Position numbers and translations under genes: made by a program | Shown here: positions 28,537-37,960 of the stretch, one piece after another | Layout of the letters: each line of letters begins with the position of its first letter | Numbering within the stretch: position 1 is the stretch's first letter | The notes under the pieces: generated by a model | What the model saw: only the letters and a program-made list of their open reading frames with translations | Databases searched by the model: none | Told to the model about the DNA's origin: nothing | DNA from: Dehalococcoidia bacterium | Lineage (GTDB): Bacteria; Chloroflexota; Dehalococcoidia; SHYB01 | Assembly (NCBI GenBank): GCA_965219875.1 | Contig: CBDCOW010000003.1 | Span: 1,276,479-1,340,478, forward strand | Reading direction: 5' to 3' | Length of the DNA stretch: 64,000 bases

Positions 28537-31281
28537 CTAGGCGGCGGGCTCGATGAGCCCCTCCTCCTCAAGCATTTCGATGAGGCTCTGGGCCTTATTA
28601 TAGCCAATCCTCAACCGGCGCTGAAGGAGTGAGGGCGAGACATTTGAGGCGTGCTCCGCGAGCGCCTTGGCCTCTTCGTACAGGGGGTCCATAGCCTCGT
28701 CCTCCGCGATGAGCTCGCTGAGCGACGGCGGGGCGAAGGGCTTGGCCTCCGGCGGCCCGTCCGGCGCGGCGGGGCCGGGGCCCGACGATGGCGGCTGCGC
28801 GGAAGGCGGCGGAGTCGGGGACGCGGCCCCATCCCCGCTCTCGACCCGCACGTGCGCCGGTTTGTTAGTGGTGTTCTGACTGTTCCAGGCACGGATGATG
28901 CGTTCCAGCTCGCGGTCGGAGACGAAGACGCCCTGTACCCGCTTCGGCTTCGGCGCGTCCTGCGGCAGGTAGAGCGAGTCGCCCTTGCCCAACAGCTTCT
29001 CGGCGCCGCCGGTGTCGAGGATGGTGCGCGAATCGGTTACGGAGGAAACGGCGAAGCTCATGCGGGTGGGGAAGTTCGCCTTAATCAGCCCGGTGACGAC
29101 ATCGACCGAGGGCCGCTGCGTGGCGACGATGAGATGAATGCCGGTGGCGCGCCCAAGCTGGGCAAGGCGTGTTAGGGAGTGTTCGACGTCGTAGGGGGCG
29201 GCCATCATCAGGTCGGCGAGCTCGTCGATGGCGATGACGATGTAGGGCAGCGGATCGACGACGCGGTCGTTGTTGTTGTAGGACACGATGTTGCGCGCCC
29301 CAATCGAGGAGAACTTCTTGTACCGCTGGTCCATCTCGTTGATAGCCCAGCGGAGCGCGGAGACCACCTTGTCGACGTCGAGGATGACCGGCATGAGGAG
29401 GTGCGGCAGGCTGGCGTAGGGAGCCATCTCGACGCGCTTGGGGTCGACGAGGATCAGGCGCAGGTCTTGGGGCGTGGCCTGCATCAGGAGGCTGGCGAGC
29501 AGGGCGTTGATGCTCACGCTCTTGCCGCTGCCGGTCGAGCCGGCGATGAGGATATGGGGCATCTTGGCGAGGTCGGCGACTTCGTGATCGCCGCCGCTGC
29601 CCTTGCCCAGCGCCACGGCGAGCTTGGTCTTCGCCCGCATCTTGGCGAAGATCGGCGACTCAATGACGCCGCGCAGGCTCACGAACTCGAACTCGGCGTT
29701 CGGTACTTCGATGCCGACCAGGGGCTTGCCCGGTATCGGCGCTTCGATCCGGATGCTCGAAGCCGCGAGGGCGAGCGCGAGGTCTTTGTCCAAGTTCGCG
29801 ATGGCGTCGACCTTGACGCGCGTCCGCGAGACCTCCTCCCGCCGGACCACGGGGCGGCCGTGTTCATCGAAGATCTGCTTGCCGTCGGCGTCTTTGAGGC
29901 GCACTTCCTTGAAGCGCCGCACCCAGCCGGGCTCGAGGCCGAACTGCGTCACGGCGGGGCCGGGGTTGATCTCGACTACCTTGGCCTCGATGTTGTAGCT
30001 CGCGAGGGCCTCTTCGATGGCGCGGGCCTTCGACTCGTTATCGATGCCCGACGGGCCCATGACGGGGGCGTGATCGAGGGACTCGACGGCGGGCAGCCGC
30101 CAGTCTCCCGCGGTCTCGCCCAAGTACGACGATGCGTCCACGCTGATCGATGGCGCCGGCGTGTCCAGCTCATCGATCTCGTCCTCGTCATCAAAGCCGT
30201 CTTCGTCATCAAGGAAGCGAACGTTATCGAGATCGTCGTCCTCGTCATCGAGGGCGTCCATCTCCTCGAGCAGGTCTTCCATGTCGGCGATGAAGGGATC
30301 GGAGTCGCGCACGCGCTCGGCGGCGCGGGCCTCCTCGTTGGCGACGGCGACGTACTCGCCGCCGTCGTCCTCGTCGGAGAAATCGGTGACGGGCGGGGGC
30401 TCGAATGGTGCATCGTCCTCAGTGGGGTCCGGGAGAGGCGACGCGACGGGCGGACGGTCATCGAGCGGCACGGCGGGTGGCGTGTAAGAGGACGCATTGG
30501 CCGACGCCTGCGGCCGGGCGGCGGGCATCGGCGTAGGTGGGGCGTCGGCGAACAACGGCGGTGGCGGAAACGGTCGCGCCTCGGCGGGCGCTGGGCGGCC
30601 GCTGCGATCGATGACGTCGGCGGCGGTGATGGGGGGCCTACTCCCGCCGCCGTTTGCCGTCCAGGACGGCGCGGAAGGACCGGGCGCGGCAGCGGCGCGG
30701 CGTTGCCGGCGGCGCTCCGCGGCTTCGGCGGCGGACTCCCCGACGGTTCGCGCGGCGTTCGCGGCGAGCCCCCCGGCGGCGGCGGTCCCACGTGCGGCGT
30801 AACCCGCTACGGCGCGCGAGACTTGGGGAGAAAGGAGCACGAGACCGACAAGGCCCAACCCGATAAGGCGGAGCACGCCGACGGCAGCGCGTTCGCCGAT
30901 GATGTCGGCACCGAACGAGCCGCCGAGGCCAACCTCGGAGAGCGTTCCCGTTTCAGGCAGATAGAAGGCCAGCGCGCCCCAGGCGGTGAAGCCAAGGAAA
31001 AGGACGCCAAGGAAGCGGAACCAGTGGGCGCCGAGCACACGGGGCCGGAGCAGGACGGCCACCACGAGCGCGGCCATCGCCACCGCCGCCGAGGCCCCGT
31101 AGCCGATGGTCTCCCAGATTGTCTGAACTTGCCACGTCACCAGGCCGGCAATCGCTGCCGCCGCCGCAACGACGAGGAGCAGCGCGATTTTCGAGCTTCG
31201 GAGCCGGCGCGTGAAGGACGCCCTCGACTTCGGAGCGCGGCCGGCGGCCGGCCGGGGTCGGGCTTTCGTCTTGTTGGCCAT
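28537..31281 (-). CDS. ftsK: DNA translocase FtsK/SpoIIIE
   Basis: N-terminal TM segments, a Pro-rich linker, a motor domain with the GSTGSGKS Walker A, and a C-terminal gamma winged-helix (SLLQRRLRIGYNKAQSLIE). Confidence 0.9.
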   Translation of the reverse strand: MANKTKARPRPAAGRAPKSRASFTRRLRSSKIALLLVVAAAAAIAGLVTWQVQTIWETIGYGASAAVAMAALVVAVLLRPRVLGAHWFRFLGVLFLGFTAWGALAFYLPETGTLSEVGLGGSFGADIIGERAAVGVLRLIGLGLVGLVLLSPQVSRAVAGYAARGTAAAGGLAANAARTVGESAAEAAERRRQRRAAAAPGPSAPSWTANGGGSRPPITAADVIDRSGRPAPAEARPFPPPPLFADAPPTPMPAARPQASANASSYTPPAVPLDDRPPVASPLPDPTEDDAPFEPPPVTDFSDEDDGGEYVAVANEEARAAERVRDSDPFIADMEDLLEEMDALDDEDDDLDNVRFLDDEDGFDDEDEIDELDTPAPSISVDASSYLGETAGDWRLPAVESLDHAPVMGPSGIDNESKARAIEEALASYNIEAKVVEINPGPAVTQFGLEPGWVRRFKEVRLKDADGKQIFDEHGRPVVRREEVSRTRVKVDAIANLDKDLALALAASSIRIEAPIPGKPLVGIEVPNAEFEFVSLRGVIESPIFAKMRAKTKLAVALGKGSGGDHEVADLAKMPHILIAGSTGSGKSVSINALLASLLMQATPQDLRLILVDPKRVEMAPYASLPHLLMPVILDVDKVVSALRWAINEMDQRYKKFSSIGARNIVSYNNNDRVVDPLPYIVIAIDELADLMMAAPYDVEHSLTRLAQLGRATGIHLIVATQRPSVDVVTGLIKANFPTRMSFAVSSVTDSRTILDTGGAEKLLGKGDSLYLPQDAPKPKRVQGVFVSDRELERIIRAWNSQNTTNKPAHVRVESGDGAASPTPPPSAQPPSSGPGPAAPDGPPEAKPFAPPSLSELIAEDEAMDPLYEEAKALAEHASNVSPSLLQRRLRIGYNKAQSLIEMLEEEGLIEPAA

Positions 31282-32940
31282 CTATGCCTCCACCGCGACC
31301 GGCAGAATCGTGGGCCGACGTTTTATTTTCTTCAAGAAGTACTGCCGCAGCGCCTCGCGCGCGACCTCCTCGGCGTCGCCGTTGGTGAGCGGTCCTCGCG
31401 CGTCCTCGATGGCCTCGGCGATGACCTCGATGGCCTCGGCGATGACGTCGGGCGCCTCATCCGTGTCGAGCACGCCGTACGACCAGACGTTGGCCGCGCC
31501 GGCCATGCGGCGCGTCTTGCCGTCGATGGGAACGACGGCGACGACGACGCCGTTGCGGGCCAGGCGCTTCCGATCGGCAAGCACCGGGCTGTGTGGACTC
31601 CACCGGCCGTGTCCATCGACGTAGATCGGGCCGGCGTCGACGGACGGCGCGCGCTTGACCCCGCCCGCGCTTAGCTCGACAACGTCGCCGTCTTCGAGAA
31701 GGAAGATGTTCTCTTCAGGCACGCCCATCGATTGCGCGAGGCCGGCGTGGGCCACGAGGTGGCGGTACTCGCCGTGGATGGGTGTGAAGTGGCGCGGATT
31801 GGTGAGGCTGAGCATCGTCTTAAGCTCTTCCCGCGCGGCGTGGCCGTGGACGTGCACCTGTGCGATGCGGTCGTAGAGGACGGTCGCGCCGAGGCGGGTC
31901 AGGTTATTGATCGTGTCGTTGACAAGGCGCTCGTTGCCCGGGATAGGACTCGCCGAGATGATCACGGTGTCGCCGCGGCGAATCTCCACGTCGCGGTGAT
32001 CGCGGCGGGCCATGCGGACTAGGGCCGAGGTCGGTTCGCCCTGTGCGCCCGTAGTGACCAGCAGCGCGCGCTCGGGCGGCAGGTTGTTGATCTCCTCGAC
32101 GCGGCCCCGCGCTCCTTGGGGAATATCGAGATAGCCCAGGTCCATCGCCATCGCGCAGTTGTCGACCATGCTGCGGCCCACGAAGGCCATGCGCCGCTTG
32201 TGCTTGACGGCGGCGTCGGCGACCTGTTGCACGCGGGCGATGAGCGAGGCGAAGGTGGCCACGATGACGCGGCCTTTTGCCTCGCCGATAACCCGGTCAA
32301 GCGTCTCGCCGACGATCTTCTCCGACGGGGTATAGCCCGGCCTGTCGGCGTAGGTGGAGTCGGAGAGGAGCAGATCGACCCCCTCGGCGCCCAAGCTCGC
32401 CAGCTTCCCTAGGTCGGAGGCGCGCCCATCGGCGGGGGTGTGGTCGAACTTGAAATCGCCGGTGTGGACCATCAGGCCGCTGGGAGTGCGGACCGCCAGC
32501 CCCATCGCGTCGGGGATGCTGTGGCAGACGCGAAAGAACTCGACGTCGATCCGCCCGAACTTGACGTGGTCGCCGGCGTTGATTTCGTTGACGGAGGCCT
32601 TCTTGAGCAGGCGGCGCTCCCGGAGCTTGACCTTCACCAGCCCCGCCGCGAGGGTCGAGGCGTAGACCGGAACGTTGACGTCGCCGATCAGGTAGGGGAT
32701 CGCGCCGATGTGGTCTTCGTGGCCGTGGGTGACCATCACGCCGCGCAGCTTCTCTCGCCGCTCAAGGACGTACGAGAGGTCGGGGATGATGACGTCGACG
32801 CCGGGGGCGTCGGCTCCGGGGAACATGACGCCGGCGTCGATGACGATCATGTCGTCGGCGTTTTCGACGACGAGCATGTTCTTGCCGATCGCGCCGAGAC
32901 CGCCGAGCGGAACGATGCGAAGATCAGACTTGCCCATCAA
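31282..32940 (-). CDS. rnj: ribonuclease J (metallo-beta-lactamase/beta-CASP)
   Basis: HGHEDHIG motif plus beta-CASP and C-terminal domains. 552 aa. Its stop abuts the ftsK start. Confidence 0.85.
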   Translation of the reverse strand: MMGKSDLRIVPLGGLGAIGKNMLVVENADDMIVIDAGVMFPGADAPGVDVIIPDLSYVLERREKLRGVMVTHGHEDHIGAIPYLIGDVNVPVYASTLAAGLVKVKLRERRLLKKASVNEINAGDHVKFGRIDVEFFRVCHSIPDAMGLAVRTPSGLMVHTGDFKFDHTPADGRASDLGKLASLGAEGVDLLLSDSTYADRPGYTPSEKIVGETLDRVIGEAKGRVIVATFASLIARVQQVADAAVKHKRRMAFVGRSMVDNCAMAMDLGYLDIPQGARGRVEEINNLPPERALLVTTGAQGEPTSALVRMARRDHRDVEIRRGDTVIISASPIPGNERLVNDTINNLTRLGATVLYDRIAQVHVHGHAAREELKTMLSLTNPRHFTPIHGEYRHLVAHAGLAQSMGVPEENIFLLEDGDVVELSAGGVKRAPSVDAGPIYVDGHGRWSPHSPVLADRKRLARNGVVVAVVPIDGKTRRMAGAANVWSYGVLDTDEAPDVIAEAIEVIAEAIEDARGPLTNGDAEEVAREALRQYFLKKIKRRPTILPVAVEA

Positions 32941-32976
32941 CCATCCTCCCGGCCGCCGCGCCGTTGACCCGGCCGC

Positions 32977-33582
32977 CTAAAAGAGGCCCAGCTGCTTCGG
33001 CTCCGGCTCCGCCGGCTTGACCTCCGCGGTCTGCGCGAGGATCTCCGGTATTTTCTTGAAGTCCGTTTCTATGGTGGCGCGGAGCGACTGCTGATAGAGC
33101 GCCGCCGCGGGATGGTGCACGGGCAGGACGGTCCGCCCTTCCACCCGGCGCGGCTGGCCGTGGGCCTTGCTGATGGCCGCCCCGGGAAGGAAGCGCTGCA
33201 GCGAGTGCCGCCCCAACGTCACGATCACCTTGGGGTCGATAAGCTCGATCTGACCCGTCAGCCATGGATCGCAAGCCTCGGTCTCCTCGGGGAGCGGGTC
33301 GCGGTTGCCCGGCGGGCGGCACTTCACCATGTTGGCGATGTAGACATCCTCGCGCTGCAGCCCGATCACGGCGATGAGCTCATCGAGGATTTGGCCCGCG
33401 GGGCCGACGAATGGCCGTCCCTGCTGGTCCTCGTTATAACCGGGGCCCTCGCCAATGAACATCACGTCGGCGGAGGCGTTTCCCTCGCCGGGCACCACCT
33501 GCGTTCGTCCCTTGGCCAGCCCGCAGGAGGTACAAGAACGGGCGGCGGAGCAGAGGGCTTCGAGCGAGGAGAAATCGGCCAT
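32977..33582 (-). CDS. udg: uracil-DNA glycosylase, family 4
   Basis: CTSCGL…GEGNASADVMFIGEGPGYNEDQQGRPFVGPAGQ is the family-4 UDG signature, including the 4Fe-4S Cys ligands. Confidence 0.85.
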   Translation of the reverse strand: MADFSSLEALCSAARSCTSCGLAKGRTQVVPGEGNASADVMFIGEGPGYNEDQQGRPFVGPAGQILDELIAVIGLQREDVYIANMVKCRPPGNRDPLPEETEACDPWLTGQIELIDPKVIVTLGRHSLQRFLPGAAISKAHGQPRRVEGRTVLPVHHPAAALYQQSLRATIETDFKKIPEILAQTAEVKPAEPEPKQLGLF

Positions 33583-33671
33583 ATTCAGAACGGTTTGAAA
33601 CCTATTTCTATCTTTCAGACTAGCATGGCCCTGCTTATGTCGTCAACCGTCGACAGAACCTCTCCCCCTTT

Positions 33672-33837
33672 GGGGCCTTTGCGTAACCGGGGCTGACTGG
33701 CGCGAGGGTGGCAGGCTTCGATGGCCCATTGGTGGTTGCGAGGGTGCCCCTCATCTCAATCTTCTCCCGTGGGGAGAAGAGGCAAGACCTCCCGGCCCCA
33801 CCCATGCTTGCCCGCGGGCGGTTGTGCAAAGGTCTCC
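33672..33837. mobile_element. MITE-like element, copy 2
   Basis: Same internal sequence and TIRs as 26346-26510. Confidence 0.6.
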
Positions 33838-33915
33838 CTTGGGGGAGAACACCTCAAGTCTCTCCCTCCGGGCCGCACTGAGAGCTCACACGGCAGTGTC
33901 ATTCCCTCCTTGCCC

Positions 33916-34302
33916 ATGCCCACCCTCCTTTCCTACCATGATCCCATCGCTAACCCTTGGACGACACACCCTATGACCCTCCCGTACGAACCCGAATCGT
34001 ACCGTCCATCTACCAATCAACCGACCGATGACCAAGCACCCAATACCGCAGCCCCCGCGCCGACCGGCGAGCGCGTCCCTCGCTTTGCGCTCTTCGCGGC
34101 ATGCCCCAAGTGCGGCGGGCAGTACGAGCGGGAGGGCGACCTCTGCATGTGCTTCCAGTGCAGCTTCGAGTGGGACGTGCTCGACGCCATCGAGGACGTG
34201 CTGAGCCGCGCCTTTCGGCGCTACCCCGGCCTGGCGCCCGCCGCTCGCCTTCACGACCCTCCTGAACTCTTCTCAGACACGCCGGTCGAACCGGCGGCCT
34301 AG
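33916..34302 (+). CDS. hypothetical Zn-ribbon protein (CPKCG…CFQC)
   Basis: The start is uncertain (ATG 33916 or 33973) and there is no clear RBS. A four-Cys ribbon is present. It lies in a locally lower-GC stretch. Confidence 0.3.
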   Translation: MPTLLSYHDPIANPWTTHPMTLPYEPESYRPSTNQPTDDQAPNTAAPAPTGERVPRFALFAACPKCGGQYEREGDLCMCFQCSFEWDVLDAIEDVLSRAFRRYPGLAPAARLHDPPELFSDTPVEPAA

Positions 34303-34307
34303 CGCGA

Positions 34308-34658
34308 TTGGAGATCATTGGGGCGCAAGAGGGACTCGACCACGCCGACAAAGTCCGCCTAGTCAAGGACAAACTCCACGCCGCCTTCCGGCATCCCCGC
34401 CGCGATTACCGGCTCAACACCCGCGAACCTGTCGAGATCGGCCTGGCATACACCGAGCGCGCCGTCGACGCGGGCGAGCTCTGGTACGCGCTCGGGCGCT
34501 GCACGCCGCGCCAGCAGCAGACGCTGCGGTTGTGGCTGGGCAGGAAGATTCTGCCGCAGGAGCGGGTCGCGCTGAGGCTGGGGGTGAGCCCCACCACCGT
34601 CAAGCGCGACATCAAGGCCGCGTTGGAGACGATGCTGGCCTCGATCTGGGACGAGTGA
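34308..34658 (+). CDS. small HTH protein, sigma-70 region-4-like
   Basis: 116 aa. The C-terminal …RVALRLGVSPTTVKRDIKAALETM resembles a sigma-factor region 4 / LuxR-type HTH. Confidence 0.4.
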   Translation: MEIIGAQEGLDHADKVRLVKDKLHAAFRHPRRDYRLNTREPVEIGLAYTERAVDAGELWYALGRCTPRQQQTLRLWLGRKILPQERVALRLGVSPTTVKRDIKAALETMLASIWDE

Positions 34659-34665
34659 CCGGCGC

Positions 34666-35394
34666 CTAGCGTCCGCGCTCCAGCCGGTCGATGAGGTACG
34701 CCGGGAGGCCGGCCTTCCGCATCCGCTTCTGCACCTGCGCGATGTCGTAGGCGGCGCGGCGGAAGGTGGCCGTCTTCGCTTCGAGGTCGAGGACTGCATA
34801 GGCGGCACGGGGGTCGCCGTCGCGGGGCTGCCCCACGCTGCCGGGGTTGATGATGGCCCGCCCGGATGGCTCGACCGGCCCGCCCAAGCCGGAGATGGCG
34901 GTGAGCGTTCCACCGGGGGCCGGCTCGACGATCACCAGCGGCGCATGCGAGTGCCCCACCAGGCACCACTCCGTCTCGAAGCAGCCGAAGCTCTCCAGCG
35001 CCACGCGGGCCGAGACGACGTACTCCCAGACCGGCTCGCGGGGGCTTCCATGCGCCAGCGTCACATCATGCCGTGCAGTCCGCGTCGGCAGCGATCCCAG
35101 CCAGGCGCGGTCGGCCTCGGAGAGCACAGTCCCCGTCCACAGGTTCGCCTGGGCCGCGTAGGGATTGAAGTCGTCGATGGGGATCGCGCCTATGGCGCCG
35201 AGGTCGTGGTTCCCCGAGAGGGAGACGGCGCACCGGGCGCGGATGATCTCGACGCACGCGCCGGGGTCGGGGCCATAGCCCACAATGTCGCCGAGGCACC
35301 ACACCTCGTCCACGCCTGCGGCATCGACCTCCGCCAGCACGGCCTCGAGTGCCGGCAGGTTGGCATGGACATCAGACACGACCGCCACCCGCAT
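34666..35394 (-). CDS. metallophosphoesterase (calcineurin-like)
   Basis: MRVAVVSDVHANL…GDIVGYGP…GNHD motifs. Confidence 0.8.
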   Translation of the reverse strand: MRVAVVSDVHANLPALEAVLAEVDAAGVDEVWCLGDIVGYGPDPGACVEIIRARCAVSLSGNHDLGAIGAIPIDDFNPYAAQANLWTGTVLSEADRAWLGSLPTRTARHDVTLAHGSPREPVWEYVVSARVALESFGCFETEWCLVGHSHAPLVIVEPAPGGTLTAISGLGGPVEPSGRAIINPGSVGQPRDGDPRAAYAVLDLEAKTATFRRAAYDIAQVQKRMRKAGLPAYLIDRLERGR

Positions 35395-35499
35395 CGCGCC
35401 AGTCTAGCACCCACGAGGCCGCCCCGCCGCGCTGCTTGCCCGGCCCGTGGGGCCGGTGCTAGGCTGGCCGCGCTCCGCTTTCCTGAAAGAGAGGCTTGC

Positions 35500-36723
35500 T
35501 TGGCGTCGGCGATTCTGCGCGGCATTCGCGTGCTGGAGCTTGGGGACTACGTCTCCGCGGCGTTCGGGGCGCGGCTGCTCGGCGACTACGGCGCGGAAGT
35601 CATCAAGATCGAGGCGCCGGGCGCCGGCGACACGGCGCGCCGGCACGGGCCGTTCCCGCAGTCGGGCCCCGATCCCGACGCCAGCGGCCTGTTCATGTTC
35701 CTCAACCGGGGCAAGCTCAGCGCCACGGTCGACCTGACCAAGGCCACGGGCCGCGACCTCACCCGCGACCTCGTCCGCACCTGCGACGTCGTCATCCACA
35801 ACTACCTGCCCCAAGAGCTCGACGCCCTCGGCCTCGACTACGGGGCACTCCGCACGATCAACCCCGGCGTGGTGCTGACCTCGGTCACCGTCTTCGGTCA
35901 CGAGGGGCCGTACAGCGGCCACAAGGCGTACGCCCTCAACGGGAGCTGCGCCGGCGGAGCCGCCCATCGCATCGGCGACCCCGACCGTTACCCCCTGGCG
36001 ATGCCGTACAGCCGCGCCGACCTGTGGGGAGGCCTCAACTCGTCGCCGGCCGTCATGCTCGCGCTGCTGGCCCGCCGCCGCGACGGCCCCGGCCAGCACG
36101 TCGACATCGCGACCGCCGACGCCATGAACGACTTCGGCAACGGCGGCGACATGATCGCCTACGCCGCCGACGGGTACGAGACGCGCCGCCACGGGATGCA
36201 CACCCCGATCAGCTACCCCTACAGCGTCCTGCCCTGCAAGGACGGTCACGTCTCGATGATCCTGGGCAACGAGCACCACTGGCAGCGCCTGCTCGACATC
36301 ATGGGGCGGCCCGAGTGGACGAAAGACCCGCGATTCCAGAACCGGAGCGAGATCGGCGCGCTGCACGCCAAGGAAGTCGACGAGCACCTCAAGGAGTTCA
36401 TCGCGGGGTTCACCAAGGACGAGTTCTGGAAGATGTGCCGCGATAACAGCCTGCCGTGGCACGCCGCGCAGACCATTGAGGACGTGCTGGCGTGGGACCT
36501 GCTGGAGGGCCGCGGCTTCTGGCGCGAGGCCGAGGACGGCGCGGGACGCCGATGGCGCCTGCCGGGGCCGCTCTTCGCCGCGGCGGGCCTTGGCGACGAC
36601 GGCCCCGACGCTCCCGCCGTGCGCGCCCCCCGGCTCGGCGAGCACAACGGCTACGTGCTCGGTGGACTGCTGGGGCTGAGCGGGGACCAAGTCGCCCACC
36701 TGCGGCGGACGGGAGTCGTCTAG
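35500..36723 (+). CDS. family III CoA-transferase (CaiB/BaiF family)
   Basis: TTG start at 35500 with an AAAGAGAGG RBS. LRGIRVLELGDYVSAAFGARLLGDYGAEVIKIE. Confidence 0.75.
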   Translation: MASAILRGIRVLELGDYVSAAFGARLLGDYGAEVIKIEAPGAGDTARRHGPFPQSGPDPDASGLFMFLNRGKLSATVDLTKATGRDLTRDLVRTCDVVIHNYLPQELDALGLDYGALRTINPGVVLTSVTVFGHEGPYSGHKAYALNGSCAGGAAHRIGDPDRYPLAMPYSRADLWGGLNSSPAVMLALLARRRDGPGQHVDIATADAMNDFGNGGDMIAYAADGYETRRHGMHTPISYPYSVLPCKDGHVSMILGNEHHWQRLLDIMGRPEWTKDPRFQNRSEIGALHAKEVDEHLKEFIAGFTKDEFWKMCRDNSLPWHAAQTIEDVLAWDLLEGRGFWREAEDGAGRRWRLPGPLFAAAGLGDDGPDAPAVRAPRLGEHNGYVLGGLLGLSGDQVAHLRRTGVV

Positions 36724-37940
36724 TGGCCGGCGCACGCTATCCCCTGGACGGCTACCGCGTGGTCGAGATCTCGCAGATTTGGGCCGCGCCGCAGCTCGCC
36801 TCGTCGCTGGGCGACATGGGCGCCGAGGTCATCCGCGTCGAGTCCCTGGTGAGCACCGACGTGGCTCGCATCGGCGGCGGCGGCAAGAGTGAGTACCGCC
36901 TCCTGCTCGACTACCAGCGCCACGCCCGCAGCCGCGCGGCCTACGTCACCCTCAACATTCGCGACCCGGAGGGCATGGCTTACTTGCACGACCTGCTCCG
37001 CACCGCCGACATCTTCGTCTGCAATCTCTCGCCGCGCGTCCTCAAGAAGCTCGCGCTGACCTACGACGACGTGCGCCGCCTGCGCCCCGACATCGTCATG
37101 GTCACCATCTCGGCGGCGGGGCAGGACGGCCCGTGGAGCGACCTCGTCGCCTTCGGCCCCGCGATGAACGCCGTCGTGGGCAGCGACCTACTCGTCGGCT
37201 ACCCGGGCGACGACGTCTTCATGTCGTCGTATTGGGACCCCGACCCGGCGATGGGTATGGCGGCGTCGTACGCCGTCTTCCTCGCGCTCTACCGCCGCGA
37301 AGAGACCGGCGAGGGCCGGCACATGGACATGAGCTTCGCCGAGTTCCTCACCGGAATGCTCGGCGAGCCCATCCTTGAAATGCAGATGACGGGGCGAAAC
37401 CCAACCCCGCAAGGGAACCGGCACCCCTGGCAGTCGCCGCACGGGATCTACCCCACGTCGGAGGAAGACCGTTGGGTCGGCGTCGCCGTGGCGAAGGAGG
37501 AAGAGTGGGCCGCGCTCTGCGGCGCGATAGGCCGCCCCGAGCTCGCCGCCGATCCGCGTTTCGCCGACATGGCCAAGCGCGTCGAGCGCCGCGGCGAAGT
37601 CGACGAGATCGTCGCGTCGTGGACCCGCGGGCGCACCAACTACGCGGCGGCGGAGGTCCTGCAGCGGGCCGGCGTCGCCGCCACGCCCGCCTTCACCATC
37701 GCCGAGATCTACCACGACGAACACCACCGCTTGCGCCGCACCTCGATAAAGATGGACGAGACGGGCTTCGACCGCGATCTGATCACCTACGGCCTCTCGT
37801 GGCGTCTGAGCCGCACCCCCGGAGCCTTCCGCCGGCTCGGCCAGCCCGTGGGCGGCGACAACCAGACCTTCTACCAAGGCTTCTTCGGCCTCACCGCCGA
37901 GCGCGTCGCCGACCTGGAGTCGCGCAAGATCTTCTACTAG
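36723..37940 (+). CDS. family III CoA-transferase (CaiB/BaiF family)
   Basis: The GTG start overlaps the upstream TAG stop (GTCTAGTGG), indicating translational coupling. LDGYRVVEISQIWAAPQLASSLGDMGAEVIRVE. Confidence 0.75.
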   Translation: MAGARYPLDGYRVVEISQIWAAPQLASSLGDMGAEVIRVESLVSTDVARIGGGGKSEYRLLLDYQRHARSRAAYVTLNIRDPEGMAYLHDLLRTADIFVCNLSPRVLKKLALTYDDVRRLRPDIVMVTISAAGQDGPWSDLVAFGPAMNAVVGSDLLVGYPGDDVFMSSYWDPDPAMGMAASYAVFLALYRREETGEGRHMDMSFAEFLTGMLGEPILEMQMTGRNPTPQGNRHPWQSPHGIYPTSEEDRWVGVAVAKEEEWAALCGAIGRPELAADPRFADMAKRVERRGEVDEIVASWTRGRTNYAAAEVLQRAGVAATPAFTIAEIYHDEHHRLRRTSIKMDETGFDRDLITYGLSWRLSRTPGAFRRLGQPVGGDNQTFYQGFFGLTAERVADLESRKIFY

Positions 37941-37960
37941 GGGCGAAAGGGGCGGGCGGC

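Noticed and set aside
29179-31674. 831-aa plus-strand ORF
   Set aside because: It is antisense to ftsK and rnj. It has a low-complexity composition and no RBS.
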